Part shown: piece after piece, positions 54,416-64,000 of the stretch | How the letters are laid out: each line of letters opens with the position of its first letter | Position numbering within the stretch: position 1 is the first letter of the stretch | NCBI GenBank assembly: GCA_963780225.1 | Contig: CAWAAX010000006.1 | Span: 96,001-160,000, forward strand | Reading direction: 5' to 3' | DNA length: 64,000 nucleotides | From: an uncultured bacterium | Lineage (GTDB): Bacteria > Edwardsbacteria > AC1 > EtOH8 | The notes under the pieces: generated by a model | Seen by the model: only the letters and a program-made list of their open reading frames with translations | The model's database searches: none | Told to the model about the DNA's origin: nothing | Position numbers and translations under genes: made by a program

Positions 54416-56023
54416 ATGGCGATAAAAGGATCCTTTAAGGAAATAAGCCTGCCCGATGTGCTTCAGTTGTTATCGGTGGGACGCAAGACAGGTTGTCTGA
54501 AGGTTACCGACGGCAAGAATTTTGGCAGCATATATTTCAATGATGGAAAGATATGCTACAGCAACTTGCTGAACCGTCCCGACCGCCTGGGCGACCGTCT
54601 GCTGTCCCGGGGTTTCATCACCAATTCCCAGCTGGAGGAGGCCCTGAAATATCAGCAGACCGACCCGGACGGCCGGCGGCTGGGCGACATTTTGATCCAT
54701 CTGGGGCTGTTGACCAAGCAGGATCTGGAGTCCGATGTTTCCCGGCAGATCTCCGATGCCATATTTTACCTGCTGCGCTGGACGGAGGGGGATTTCTTTT
54801 TTGAGCCGGATACTGCGCCCACCGAAGAGACCATTACCGTTTCGTTGGATGTATTGAACCTGCTGCTGGAAGAAGCCCGCCGGATCGATGAATGGAAAAA
54901 TCTGGAGGCCAAGCTTCCGGGGAGTCAGATTGTGCTGGAAAAGCTTGTTATAGAAAGCTCCCAGCAGGTGGAGATGGAGCTGAACGAGGAAGAACGTCAG
55001 GTAATGCAGCTGATTGACGGTCGACGTACCATGGGCGAAGTGATGGAAGCTTCTTCACTGGGGGAATTTTTAACCTCCAAGATCATTTATGGTTTGCTGA
55101 GGGCGGGACTGGTAAAACGGGGCAACGAGCGGGCCCGGGCCGCGGCCGGAGCCGGGATTGGCGATGCCGACGAACATCGTAATCTGGGAATTGCTTTTTA
55201 TAAGACTCAGATGTACGAAGAAGCTTACCGGGAATACCGGAGGATAGTGGAGATCAATCCGGATGAAGCTGATGCCCGTTTCTATCTGGGCCTGATCCAT
55301 TTCCGTAAGGCAGAATATGCCGAGGCCGCCACCGAATTTCTGGAGACCATTGCTATTGAACCCAAAAAAGCCTGTAGTTACAATAATTTGGGCCTGGCCC
55401 TGGAAGCCATGGGAGAATACGATGATGCCACCCGCCAATATAAAAAAGCAGTAGAGATCGAGCCGGAAAGTCTGACGCCAAAACTTAACCTGGCCTACCT
55501 GGCCTGCCGCAAAAAGGAGTGGAGTTCTGCCCAGGATCAGTTGTTGCTGCTGGAACAACAGGGAAAGAAAATACTGTTGGGAAGTTTTCTGCTGGGGCTG
55601 GCGGCTTTTCGCAGCAGCCAGTGGGATTCGGCCTTAGAATACTGGCAGGAATGTTCTAGTGGCGGCCAAATCAATCCAGCCTCCGAAAACAATATCGCCG
55701 CCATCTGGCAGGCCCGAGGCCAGGTGGAAGAGTCCGAACGTCATTATCAAGCCGCCCTGAAGGTCTCTCCGGAAAACAGGTCTCTACTCCACAATCTTTC
55801 CGAGCTTTATTATCGCAACAGTCTCTGGTCTCAGGCGGTGGATGTGCTTTCCCGGGTGGCCGACATGGGCTTGGCCGATGTTCAGCAGCTTTATAAATTG
55901 GGGAATTTGTGCCTTAAACAAGGGCAAAAAGATAACGCAGTAAAATGGTGGAAAAAGGCGCTGGAGCTGGATCCCTCAAATCAGATGATCAAGCGCAATC
56001 TTGATCTGGCCGAAAAAAAATGA
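54416..56023 (+). CDS. DUF4388 plus TPR protein (second paralogue)
   Basis: MAIKGS..EISLPDVLQLL...RKTGCL, RLGD.L twice, W.EG.F.F, EEARRIDEW, then TPRs. Confidence 0.88.
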   Translation: MAIKGSFKEISLPDVLQLLSVGRKTGCLKVTDGKNFGSIYFNDGKICYSNLLNRPDRLGDRLLSRGFITNSQLEEALKYQQTDPDGRRLGDILIHLGLLTKQDLESDVSRQISDAIFYLLRWTEGDFFFEPDTAPTEETITVSLDVLNLLLEEARRIDEWKNLEAKLPGSQIVLEKLVIESSQQVEMELNEEERQVMQLIDGRRTMGEVMEASSLGEFLTSKIIYGLLRAGLVKRGNERARAAAGAGIGDADEHRNLGIAFYKTQMYEEAYREYRRIVEINPDEADARFYLGLIHFRKAEYAEAATEFLETIAIEPKKACSYNNLGLALEAMGEYDDATRQYKKAVEIEPESLTPKLNLAYLACRKKEWSSAQDQLLLLEQQGKKILLGSFLLGLAAFRSSQWDSALEYWQECSSGGQINPASENNIAAIWQARGQVEESERHYQAALKVSPENRSLLHNLSELYYRNSLWSQAVDVLSRVADMGLADVQQLYKLGNLCLKQGQKDNAVKWWKKALELDPSNQMIKRNLDLAEKK

Positions 56024-56844
56024 TATTCAAAGATGCCATCACCGATCCCCAACTGCTGGACCTAGCCAAAATGATCAATGCTGATACCGGCTTTGATATT
56101 CTGCAGTATAAGGAACGGCCTTTAAAAAGGCGGTTGGCTGTTAGATTAAGGGCCTGCCAGCTCAGCTCTTACCAGGAATACGCCCAAAGGCTGGCCCAGG
56201 ATAAGTCCGAATACCCCAAACTTCTGGATGCCCTGACCATCAATGTTACCAATTTTTACCGCAATCCCGAAACTTTTAAAGCAGTTTCGTCCCTGGTGCT
56301 GCCATCGTTATTGGCCCAACCCGAACAGAGCCGTCCCCTGACAATTTGGAGCGCCGGATGTTCTTCGGGTGAAGAGCCATACAGCTTGGCTATTTTGTGG
56401 CGGGAATTTGCCGGCAGGATTGGCGTTCATCGCCCCTGCCGGATCATTGCCACCGATATTGACCAGCAAAGCATGGAGAAAGCAAGGCGAGGGATTTATG
56501 ATCATAACAGCATGAACGAGATACCTCCCGAACTGATAAATAAATATTTTAATGTATCATCCAAATATTTTATCCTGACCGAGGACATCAAGCGGATGGT
56601 GGAGTACCGGCACTTTGATCTGCTGGAACCCTCACCATTCTCGGGTTTGGACCTGATATTTTGCCGCAATGTGCTGATCTATTTTTCACGGCAGGCCCAG
56701 GAATATATTTTTGATAGTTTCAAAAAAAGCCTGAGGCCTGGGGGCTTCCTGGTGCTGGGCAAGGTGGAGACACTATTCGGTCAGGCAAAAGAATATTTTA
56801 CTACTTTTGATCTCAAAGAACGGGTTTATAAACTTAACGGATAA
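56020..56844 (+). CDS. cheR: MCP methyltransferase
   Basis: TINVT.FYR, IWSAGCSSGEEPYS, ATDID, DLIFCRNVLIYF. Confidence 0.96.
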   Translation: MIFKDAITDPQLLDLAKMINADTGFDILQYKERPLKRRLAVRLRACQLSSYQEYAQRLAQDKSEYPKLLDALTINVTNFYRNPETFKAVSSLVLPSLLAQPEQSRPLTIWSAGCSSGEEPYSLAILWREFAGRIGVHRPCRIIATDIDQQSMEKARRGIYDHNSMNEIPPELINKYFNVSSKYFILTEDIKRMVEYRHFDLLEPSPFSGLDLIFCRNVLIYFSRQAQEYIFDSFKKSLRPGGFLVLGKVETLFGQAKEYFTTFDLKERVYKLNG

Positions 56845-56861
56845 ATGCGGTTATAAATAAA

Positions 56862-57356
56862 TTGTCTAACGAAGTTATAGTTAAAATAGCAGAACTGCGG
56901 GTGGAGCGGGAACCGGTCATCATTACCACTCATGGGCTGGGTTCTTGTTTGGCCATCATGCTGTATGATCCAGAGGCCCAAATAGGAGGACTGGCTCATG
57001 TGATGTTGCCGTTGCCGGAGCTGAGCCGGCTAAAGGCCCAGCCTGGCAAGTGCCCCCAGAGCGCCGTAGAACTGATGCTGCAACAGATGGAGGCATTGGG
57101 ATGCAGGCGGGACCGGATCAAGGCCAAGTTGGCCGGTGGTTCCACTATGTTCGCCGGTTTGCTTTTAAACCACAGGAACGGCGGCGTCAATATCGGCCCG
57201 CGGAATGCCCAAGAGGCCAAGCGGGTGCTGAATTCTTTGAACATTCCCATCACGGCCGAGGATATCGGCGGTGATTACGGCCGCACGGTGGAATTCATAC
57301 TTTCCACGGGCACAGTGCTGGTCCGTTCTTTTAAGGCTGGTCTTAAGGAAATATAA
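56862..57356 (+). CDS. cheD: MCP glutamine deamidase
   Basis: GLGSC, GGLAHVMLP, AKLAGG..MF, IG.RN, EDIGG..GR; TTG start. Confidence 0.95.
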   Translation: MSNEVIVKIAELRVEREPVIITTHGLGSCLAIMLYDPEAQIGGLAHVMLPLPELSRLKAQPGKCPQSAVELMLQQMEALGCRRDRIKAKLAGGSTMFAGLLLNHRNGGVNIGPRNAQEAKRVLNSLNIPITAEDIGGDYGRTVEFILSTGTVLVRSFKAGLKEI

Positions 57357-57431
57357 CCTGGATCTGTTTTATCTAAAATTTTACTACATCAGAATGATTA
57401 ACCTTCAATAAAACCTAAACATGCGGCTAAA

Positions 57432-58481
57432 ATGATGGCTTCTGGGAAAAATATACGGGTACTGGTGGTTGACGATTCTGCCTTAATGCGGAAAATGGTG
57501 GGCGACATAATATCCGGCACTCCGGGACTGGAAATGGCTGGTACTGCCAATGATGGTTTGGAGTGCCTGGACCAGGTTAAGAAGCTGAGGCCCGACGTAG
57601 TGACCTTGGATATAGAGATGCCTAATATGGACGGACTGAAGGCATTGGCAAGGCTGATGAGCGAGACTCCGGTGGCAGTTATAATTCTCTCCGCTCATGC
57701 GGTAGAAGGGACGGAGGCAACCTTGCTGGCTCTGGAACTGGGGGCGGTTGATTTCATTACCAAACCATCGGGATCCATCTCTTTGGACATAGAAAAGGTC
57801 CGGCAGCAGTTGGTGGAAAAGGTATTCATGGCGGCCGGGGTGGATCTGGAAAAATTAAAGAACCAGCGCCAGAAGAAAACCGAGCCGGCGGCTATTTATA
57901 CCCCGTCCCTGGCCAAGGGCCAAAAGATTGTGGCCATAGGTTCATCCACTGGCGGCACCCGGGCTCTGGCAGAGATCATCCCAAAACTTCCCGGGAACCT
58001 TAACGCCGGATTGATACTGATTCAGCATATGCCAGTAGGTTTTACCAAGTCCCTAGCCGAAAGACTTTCTTCCCGCAGCCGCATCATGGTCCAGGAAGCC
58101 AGGGAGGGCGACATCGTCAAGCCTGGTTTGGCCCTTTTGGTGCCAGCCGATTATCATCTGACCGTGGACTCATCTGGCCACAATGTCCGGCTTAACCAGG
58201 ACCATCCCCGTTTTGGAGTGCGCCCATCGGTGGACGTTACCATGGAATCTCTGGCGGCCAACGCCAAAGTGCCGGTAGTGGGCGTGATTCTGACCGGGAT
58301 GGGGCATGACGGGGCCAACGGAATGGCGGCCATCAAAAGGCAAGGCGGGCATACCATCGCCGAGGACCGCACTACCTGCGTGGTGTTCGGAATGCCTAAA
58401 TCGGCAATAGAGACGGGAATGGTGGACCTGGTGTTACCTCTGGACCAGATACCGGGGGCTATAATTGCGGCCTGTTCTTGA
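57432..58481 (+). CDS. cheB: Receiver-domain methylesterase
   Basis: VDDS, LDIEMP; GSSTGG, QHMP, RPSVD, LTGMG.DG. Confidence 0.97.
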   Translation: MMASGKNIRVLVVDDSALMRKMVGDIISGTPGLEMAGTANDGLECLDQVKKLRPDVVTLDIEMPNMDGLKALARLMSETPVAVIILSAHAVEGTEATLLALELGAVDFITKPSGSISLDIEKVRQQLVEKVFMAAGVDLEKLKNQRQKKTEPAAIYTPSLAKGQKIVAIGSSTGGTRALAEIIPKLPGNLNAGLILIQHMPVGFTKSLAERLSSRSRIMVQEAREGDIVKPGLALLVPADYHLTVDSSGHNVRLNQDHPRFGVRPSVDVTMESLAANAKVPVVGVILTGMGHDGANGMAAIKRQGGHTIAEDRTTCVVFGMPKSAIETGMVDLVLPLDQIPGAIIAACS

Positions 58482-58488
58482 AATTATT

Positions 58489-58617
58489 GTAACTATTCAG
58501 CCACCTGCGCCAGTTAAGAAAAGTAGTTTATCTTTTATTCCCTTTCGATTTAACTCAGGGCATGCTTTATGCGGCTAACCCCGGTAAATGCTGGTTTAAG
58601 TATGGCTGAATAGTTGC
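58489..58617. mobile_element. 129-bp MITE with 15-bp TIRs and 8-bp target-site duplication
   Basis: gtaactattcagcca ... tggctgaatagttgc (one mismatch), flanked by aaattatt at 58481..58488 and 58618..58625. Confidence 0.8.
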
Positions 58618-58643
58618 AAATTATTTGAAAAGGGGAAGCTAAA

Positions 58644-59498
58644 ATGCCGGTGCTGGAAGATATCGTAAAAGATTACCAGGACAAAATCGCGGTCCTCAAA
58701 GAGCGGCTTAAAGTTCCCGAGGCCAAGGATCAGGAGGGGCAGATGGAACGGGAAATCCGCGAATTATATAAAGATATAGCCATAGCCCTGAAGCACCTGT
58801 TAAGCCTGCAGGATTCGGTCAAATCGCTGATCTCGGTCTATAAAGCGGCCTCGGTCAGCGACGATCAGTCCAAACTGCTGATCCGGTCCTTCGTGGAGAC
58901 CATGCGCACCGACAGTTTGGGGAGTTCTACCTATGTGGCCGAAGGCTGGAACCAGATCTGCAGCGGGGAATACGAGAAAGCCATCGGCTCGCTTAGTCAC
59001 GCGGTCAAACTAAATCCCACCGACACCAAGGCCATGGGGCTTTTAGGCTGGGCCTACAGTTATCAGGGCAGCTATGATCAGGCTTTGGAGATCTGCCTTA
59101 AAGTCCTGCAACTGGAGCCCAATAACGATGCGGTGCGCAATAATCTGGGTTTTGTTTGCCTTAAAAAACAGATTTACGGTGAGGCCATAGAGCATTTCAG
59201 CCGGGTGCTGAAATCGGGAAAGGACCGGTCGGCAGTGTTGTACTCCCACTATTACATGGGGCTGGTCTACTTAGAAAGACAGATGCTGGATGATGCCATA
59301 TCTTTCTTTTCCAAGGCCACGGTGCTGGGGCCGAACCTGATAGAAGCCTACTACCATCTGGGACGGGCTTATTTTCTTAAAAAAATGCCGGGAGCGGCCA
59401 TCAGGGAATGGGAAAAATGCATCAAGCTCTCGCCCGGTAACTGGTGGGCCAAGGAAGCCCAGGAGCAGATAGACACATTGAAAAGCGAGGAAGCTTAA
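58644..59498 (+). CDS. Coiled-coil plus TPR protein
   Basis: Helical N-terminus and about five TPRs; RBS aagggg. Confidence 0.85.
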   Translation: MPVLEDIVKDYQDKIAVLKERLKVPEAKDQEGQMEREIRELYKDIAIALKHLLSLQDSVKSLISVYKAASVSDDQSKLLIRSFVETMRTDSLGSSTYVAEGWNQICSGEYEKAIGSLSHAVKLNPTDTKAMGLLGWAYSYQGSYDQALEICLKVLQLEPNNDAVRNNLGFVCLKKQIYGEAIEHFSRVLKSGKDRSAVLYSHYYMGLVYLERQMLDDAISFFSKATVLGPNLIEAYYHLGRAYFLKKMPGAAIREWEKCIKLSPGNWWAKEAQEQIDTLKSEEA

Positions 59499-59501
59499 AA
59501 A

Positions 59502-59927
59502 TTGGATGCAGCTATCAGCAAAGTCCTGATAGTCCGTTCGGGATCCGAGCGCTATGCTCTGGACATGATGACGGTCCAGGAGGTGGTCTATCATCCCGAT
59601 ATAACAATCCTTCCCCAGATCAACGGGTTTATTACCGGAATGTGCCTCTGGCGGGATAAGCAGATACCGGTGGTCGATTTGGGCCTATTCCTGGGGAAGT
59701 CAATGCCGGCTCGCTCCGGCGATATAGTTGTTACAGTTACTTCCGGAAACGAGGCCGGATTGTTAGTAGAAGAGATCGGTCCCATAGTCGAGATTCCCTT
59801 TGATGCTTTTATTCCGGTTGACAAAAATTTAGCCCAGGAACAGGAAAAAGTATTACAGGCTTTTGAACATCAGGGGGAACTGGTATTTATTATAGAGTCC
59901 AAGGCTATGATCAAATATTTTTCCTAA
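59502..59927 (+). CDS. cheW: Divergent CheW-like adaptor
   Basis: E.YAL....V.EV, G....R...IPVVDL, GLLVE; TTG start. Confidence 0.8.
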   Translation: MDAAISKVLIVRSGSERYALDMMTVQEVVYHPDITILPQINGFITGMCLWRDKQIPVVDLGLFLGKSMPARSGDIVVTVTSGNEAGLLVEEIGPIVEIPFDAFIPVDKNLAQEQEKVLQAFEHQGELVFIIESKAMIKYFS

Positions 59928-60040
59928 TGATTATTGCCAGTGGTGGATTTTTAATAAGGCTGCGATCAGGATAACAAAGTCAGGCCGATGGTTGGATAAA
60001 ATAAATAAAGCAAGCCTAAAAGCGCGGAGATTGATAAATT

Positions 60041-62086
60041 ATGAGTAACAGATCCAAATGGCAAAGCTTATACGCCTGGGCGGTAACGGCCCTGGGCCTG
60101 GTATTGCTGTTCTATATGCTGAAAGGGGGGATTGGCATACCGCTTTGGCTTATGCTGGCCCTTTTGGTAATAGGCACCGGATGCCAGTGGTTTACGGTGG
60201 CCCTGCCCGGCGGGGTGCATATTTCACTGGACCTGGTAATGGTTTATTTCATTTTTTTGGTGTGGGGCCCGGCTCCGGCAACGTTGGTTATTGCTATCGG
60301 CTCGGTCTTTCACCAGATCAGACGGAAAAAGCCATGGCAAAGGGTTTTCTTTATTGGGGCCCAATTCGTAATGGCCACTTTTTTAATGTCCCAGGCTTTT
60401 ATCCTGATGCAGGGCAAGGGTGGGGCTGATGTTTTGGGGTGGTTAAACATCTTAATCTTGCTGGCAGCTTTGCCGGTCTATATTATATTCAACGACTTTA
60501 TGGTGGGGGTCTACCATGTCATCACCGGAGATTTCGGCTGGCCCGAAACCCTTAATATGACCTGGGCTGACCTAAAGATTAATTTGACCCTGGCTCCCAT
60601 CTCCATTCTGGCGGTGTTCCTGTATTCCCGGCTGGGCTGGATAGGCCTCTTGGCCATGCTGGTTCCGACCGTCATCATCGGCTGGTCGGCAATGACGTTG
60701 CTGAAGGCCCAGGCAAAAGAAAACAACATTAGTATCGAATCCAAGCTGATCTCCAGTTTTGCTATCGTGCTTTTTTCGGCCTTGACGGCGGTCACTGGTA
60801 TAATGCTGGTAACCATGTACAATATGCTGACCGGTTTTTTACGGCAGGAACTGCTGGTAAGCGATCAGACCCAGTTTTATGCTAATATCATCACGCCTCT
60901 TTTTCAGAAAATGCTAACTAACGTAGTGGTGCTGTTACTGGTCACATTTTTAGTGGTGATCGTTTTAATCCGGGGCTTGATCCGCCGGATGGTTTCTCAG
61001 CCCATTGGGCAGCTGGGCGATATGCTGAAGGACCTGGCCGAAAGCTCTGCCGATCTGACCCGCCGGGTGCAGTATTCGGCTAATGATGAAATAGGACGGC
61101 TGGGACTTCATTTTAATAGTTTTGCCGCTAAGCTGGAAGAACTGGTTAGTATCGTGATGAACACCGCCAACAACGTGGCCGCCACCTCCGAGGAACTGGC
61201 GGCCTCCACCCAGGAGATGAGCGCTTCACAGCAGGAGATCTCCGCCACTTTGCAGAGGGTTTCCCAAGGATCGGCCACCCAGGTCTCGTCGGTCAAAGAA
61301 ACCAAGGATGCCATTAATGAAATATCCTCTTCGGTCGATGAGGTGAACTTAAGCGCCCAGGAAGCGGCCAAATCGGCCAGCCAGGCTTTAGGCATGGCCT
61401 CGGAAGGCGAACTGGCCATGACTGCCATCACCGAGCAAATGGGGAAGATCGATGATACTATGACCCGGCTGTCTTTCGTGATCGGGGGTCTGGAGAAGAA
61501 AACGGGGGAGATCAGCCAGATCACCGAACTGATCTCGGCGGTAGCCTGGCGCACAAATCTGTTAGCCCTTAATGCGGCCATCGAGGCCGCCCGGGCCGGC
61601 GAATCCGGCCGGGGTTTTGCGGTGGTGGCCGGCGAAGTGAAAAAGCTGGCCGAGCGAACTGCCTCTGCTACCAAGCAGATAGACGGTCTGATCAAGGAGA
61701 TCCAGTCTGAGACCATTCAGACCGTAACCGCCATGCGGGAGGGACTGGTGGAGGTGGGCAATGGCAAACAGCTGGCCGAGAACGGCAATAAAGCATTTTT
61801 CCAGATCATCGAGACGGTAAAAAACTCGTCCGAGGGATCTCTAAAAATATCACAGACCACCGAAGGACAGGTGGAGGGGGCCAAGCGGATCGTGCTGGCC
61901 ATAGAGCAGGTGGAGGCGGTGGCCGAGGAAACGGCTTCGGGCATGGAGCAGACCGCGGCCGCCCATCAGGAACAAATGGCCTCAATGGAGGAGATGACTG
62001 CCAGCGCCCAGGAACTGGCCCGGGCCGCCGAGGAGATGAAACGACTGGTGGGCAACTTTACTGTTAAGGAGGGCCAGAGAAAATGA
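60041..62086 (+). CDS. Methyl-accepting chemotaxis protein with a polytopic membrane N-terminus
   Basis: Many TM helices, HAMP (DLTRR....DEIG), [25 protein letters not shown]. Confidence 0.95.
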   Translation: MSNRSKWQSLYAWAVTALGLVLLFYMLKGGIGIPLWLMLALLVIGTGCQWFTVALPGGVHISLDLVMVYFIFLVWGPAPATLVIAIGSVFHQIRRKKPWQRVFFIGAQFVMATFLMSQAFILMQGKGGADVLGWLNILILLAALPVYIIFNDFMVGVYHVITGDFGWPETLNMTWADLKINLTLAPISILAVFLYSRLGWIGLLAMLVPTVIIGWSAMTLLKAQAKENNISIESKLISSFAIVLFSALTAVTGIMLVTMYNMLTGFLRQELLVSDQTQFYANIITPLFQKMLTNVVVLLLVTFLVVIVLIRGLIRRMVSQPIGQLGDMLKDLAESSADLTRRVQYSANDEIGRLGLHFNSFAAKLEELVSIVMNTANNVAATSEELAASTQEMSASQQEISATLQRVSQGSATQVSSVKETKDAINEISSSVDEVNLSAQEAAKSASQALGMASEGELAMTAITEQMGKIDDTMTRLSFVIGGLEKKTGEISQITELISAVAWRTNLLALNAAIEAARAGESGRGFAVVAGEVKKLAERTASATKQIDGLIKEIQSETIQTVTAMREGLVEVGNGKQLAENGNKAFFQIIETVKNSSEGSLKISQTTEGQVEGAKRIVLAIEQVEAVAEETASGMEQTAAAHQEQMASMEEMTASAQELARAAEEMKRLVGNFTVKEGQRK

Positions 62087-63852
62087 AACCGGAGAAAAAA
62101 CTAAAGCTGGCCCTGGCTTTGCCGGACTTGATGGCCTTGTTTTTTGGAGCGCCCTTTTTAATGTATTTCGTCAGCCGGGTGGCGGCCTTCCCCCCCCAGG
62201 CCAACCGGGTGATGCTGTGGGCCGGGATTCCAATCTCGCTTTTGCTGGCCGGGCTGACCCAGATTTGGAACCGGAAGCGGTTGAAACCAGTCACTGGATT
62301 TTTAACCGATCCTTTGTCTGAACCCCAGACCGCTACCGCGGCTTTCAAGTCGGCCCTGGATTTTCCCCTGGCCTCGGCTGTACATATGGCGATCAATTTC
62401 TTAGTAGCAGTTCCGGTGATATGGCTGATCGTGGCCCTGCTGGCTCAGGCCGCCAATTTCTGGTACATCGTGCTTTATTCGATAGTGACGGCGCTGGTAA
62501 TGGGTTCGTTGATCTTTTTACTGGAAGAATTTCTGCTTAAGGACATAGTCATCCGTCTGGCTCTGCTGCATCTGGGGCGTCAGTCGGAGGTCATCAAGAA
62601 AACTTTCCGGATATCCCTGACCTACCGTCTGATAACCCTGTTCCTGGTGGTGATGATGCTCTCAATTTCTTTCGGGGTGATGATGGGACGTCTGAACCAG
62701 ATGACGCTGATCGCACTGATAGGTCTGGCGGCCACTTTGACCATCGCCTTTCTGGCCTCCAGAAACATCACCGGGGTCATCGATTCGCTGGTGCAGGCCT
62801 TATCCGAGATAAGCGGCGATAACCGGGGACTGGGACGCCATCTTCCGCTTTTGGCCAATAACGAACTGGGAGATCTTTGCCACCAGTACAATCAGTTCGT
62901 CAACCTGCTTGACCGGCTGGTTGGTGAGATTGAAAAAGTGGCGGCCGAGGTGGCGGCCAGCGCCCAAGAACTGGCTTCTTCTTCTCAGCAGATGAACGCT
63001 TCGGGGCAAGAGATATCATCCACCATCCAGCAGATCTCCAAAGGGGCCACCGTCCAGTCGGAGCGGCTGACCTCGGTGGCCAAGTCCCTGCAGGATTTTT
63101 CCGAAGCTACCAAGCGGATCGATTCCCAGGTGCGAATGACCACGGTCTCGTCCCAAAGGGCGGTGGAGTCATCCCAACAGGGGGCTAATAAAACTTCGGA
63201 GGCGGTACTGAAAATAGCTGAGATATACCAATCGGCGGACCAGACCAGTCAGAAGGTAATCAAGCTGCAACAGAAATCCAAGGAGATAGGCGGGGTGGCG
63301 GCCCTGGTTTCCAATCTGGCCCAGCAGATAGATTTTCTAGCTTTGAATGCCGCCATCGAAGCGGCCCGGGCCGGAGAAGCCGGCAAAGGATTTTCGGTGG
63401 TGGCCGACGAGATCCGTTCCCTGGCGGTGGAGGCCGGGAATTCGGCGCAACAGGCCTCTTCGTTGATTCGCGATATTGAGGACGAAATTGCCAAAACCGT
63501 GGAGGTGATAGCCCTGACCCAGCAGTCAATAGAAAACAGCCGGACCAGCGTGAACCAAACCGAGCAGGCCTTGAAAGTCATAAATAGCACGGTAACAGTG
63601 GCCGGCACCATGGTCAAGCAGATCTCGGAATCCAGCCGGGCCCAGACCAAAAGCGCCGGGCAGGTGGTGCAGCTGGCCTCGGAAGTATCGGCCATAGCCA
63701 TCCAGACGGCGGCCTCCACCGAAGAAGTGGCGGCGGCGGTGGAGCAACAGACCGCCTCTATGCAGGAACTGTCGGCAGTGGCCCAAACCCTTTCCCATAC
63801 CGCCGTTAAAATGAACAGCCTGGTGGCCAGGTTCAAATCGTCAAACCAATAA
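62083..63852 (+). CDS. Methyl-accepting chemotaxis protein with about six TM helices
   Basis: HAMP (NELG.L), [30 protein letters not shown]. Confidence 0.95.
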   Translation: MKPEKKLKLALALPDLMALFFGAPFLMYFVSRVAAFPPQANRVMLWAGIPISLLLAGLTQIWNRKRLKPVTGFLTDPLSEPQTATAAFKSALDFPLASAVHMAINFLVAVPVIWLIVALLAQAANFWYIVLYSIVTALVMGSLIFLLEEFLLKDIVIRLALLHLGRQSEVIKKTFRISLTYRLITLFLVVMMLSISFGVMMGRLNQMTLIALIGLAATLTIAFLASRNITGVIDSLVQALSEISGDNRGLGRHLPLLANNELGDLCHQYNQFVNLLDRLVGEIEKVAAEVAASAQELASSSQQMNASGQEISSTIQQISKGATVQSERLTSVAKSLQDFSEATKRIDSQVRMTTVSSQRAVESSQQGANKTSEAVLKIAEIYQSADQTSQKVIKLQQKSKEIGGVAALVSNLAQQIDFLALNAAIEAARAGEAGKGFSVVADEIRSLAVEAGNSAQQASSLIRDIEDEIAKTVEVIALTQQSIENSRTSVNQTEQALKVINSTVTVAGTMVKQISESSRAQTKSAGQVVQLASEVSAIAIQTAASTEEVAAAVEQQTASMQELSAVAQTLSHTAVKMNSLVARFKSSNQ

Positions 63853-63856
63853 GACC

Positions 63857-64000
63857 ATGCGATTGCTGATCTTTAAAATAGGACCGGCCCGGCTGGCTAT
63901 TAAGGTTGATTCGGTCATTTCGGTGGGGCTGGATAAAAAGGCGGATAGCGTAACAAAATCCGGCAGTTTGAAGGTGGATCTGGCCAAAACCTTGGGGTTA
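63857..64000 (+). CDS. Probable CheW-like protein, 3'-truncated by the window edge
   Basis: MRLLIFKIGPARLAIKVDSVISV...VDLAKTLG; frame open to the window end. Confidence 0.55.
   Translation, partial: MRLLIFKIGPARLAIKVDSVISVGLDKKADSVTKSGSLKVDLAKTLGL

Noticed and set aside
1..64000. tRNA, rRNA, integrase or transposase genes
   Set aside because: None recognised by eye; a covariance-model scan would be needed to exclude small RNAs.

Overview
A gene-dense chromosomal segment, with all credible genes on the + strand, from a diderm (LPS-making), probably anaerobic bacterium. Gene content (T9SS-like sorting domain, PorV/FadL-like barrel, lipoprotein TamA-like Omp85, TrmFO) suggests an FCB-related candidate lineage; this is inference. 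In order: (1) a 5'-truncated, AT-richer surface protein with 159-bp beta-propeller repeats; (2) tRNA-modification genes (DTW/TapT-like, trmFO); (3) three GT9 heptosyltransferases; (4) a group 4 [NiFe]-hydrogenase operon with an 11-subunit, complex I-like composition plus a HycI protease, interrupted by a BrnT/BrnA toxin-antitoxin pair and a repeat-flanked four-helix-bundle gene; (5) envelope genes (GT-C glycosyltransferase, trm112-like, murA, M29 peptidase, tamA/tamB, PorV-like OMP, mlaEFD); (6) TetR plus a TolC/MFP/RND efflux pump; (7) a ~22 kb chemosensory cluster (cheW-Y-A-C...R-D-B...W, two membrane-only MCPs) enclosing an MglA GTPase, three Roadblock/MglB proteins, DUF4388 and TPR proteins, and a DnaA-like AAA+ ATPase lacking DNA-binding parts. 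This last cluster is the best candidate for an undescribed system. Intergenic DNA, and some CDSs, carry short 7-9-mer arrays, REP-like palindromes nested inside other palindromes, and one MITE with an 8-bp target-site duplication. All calls come from reading motifs by eye; no database searches were run.
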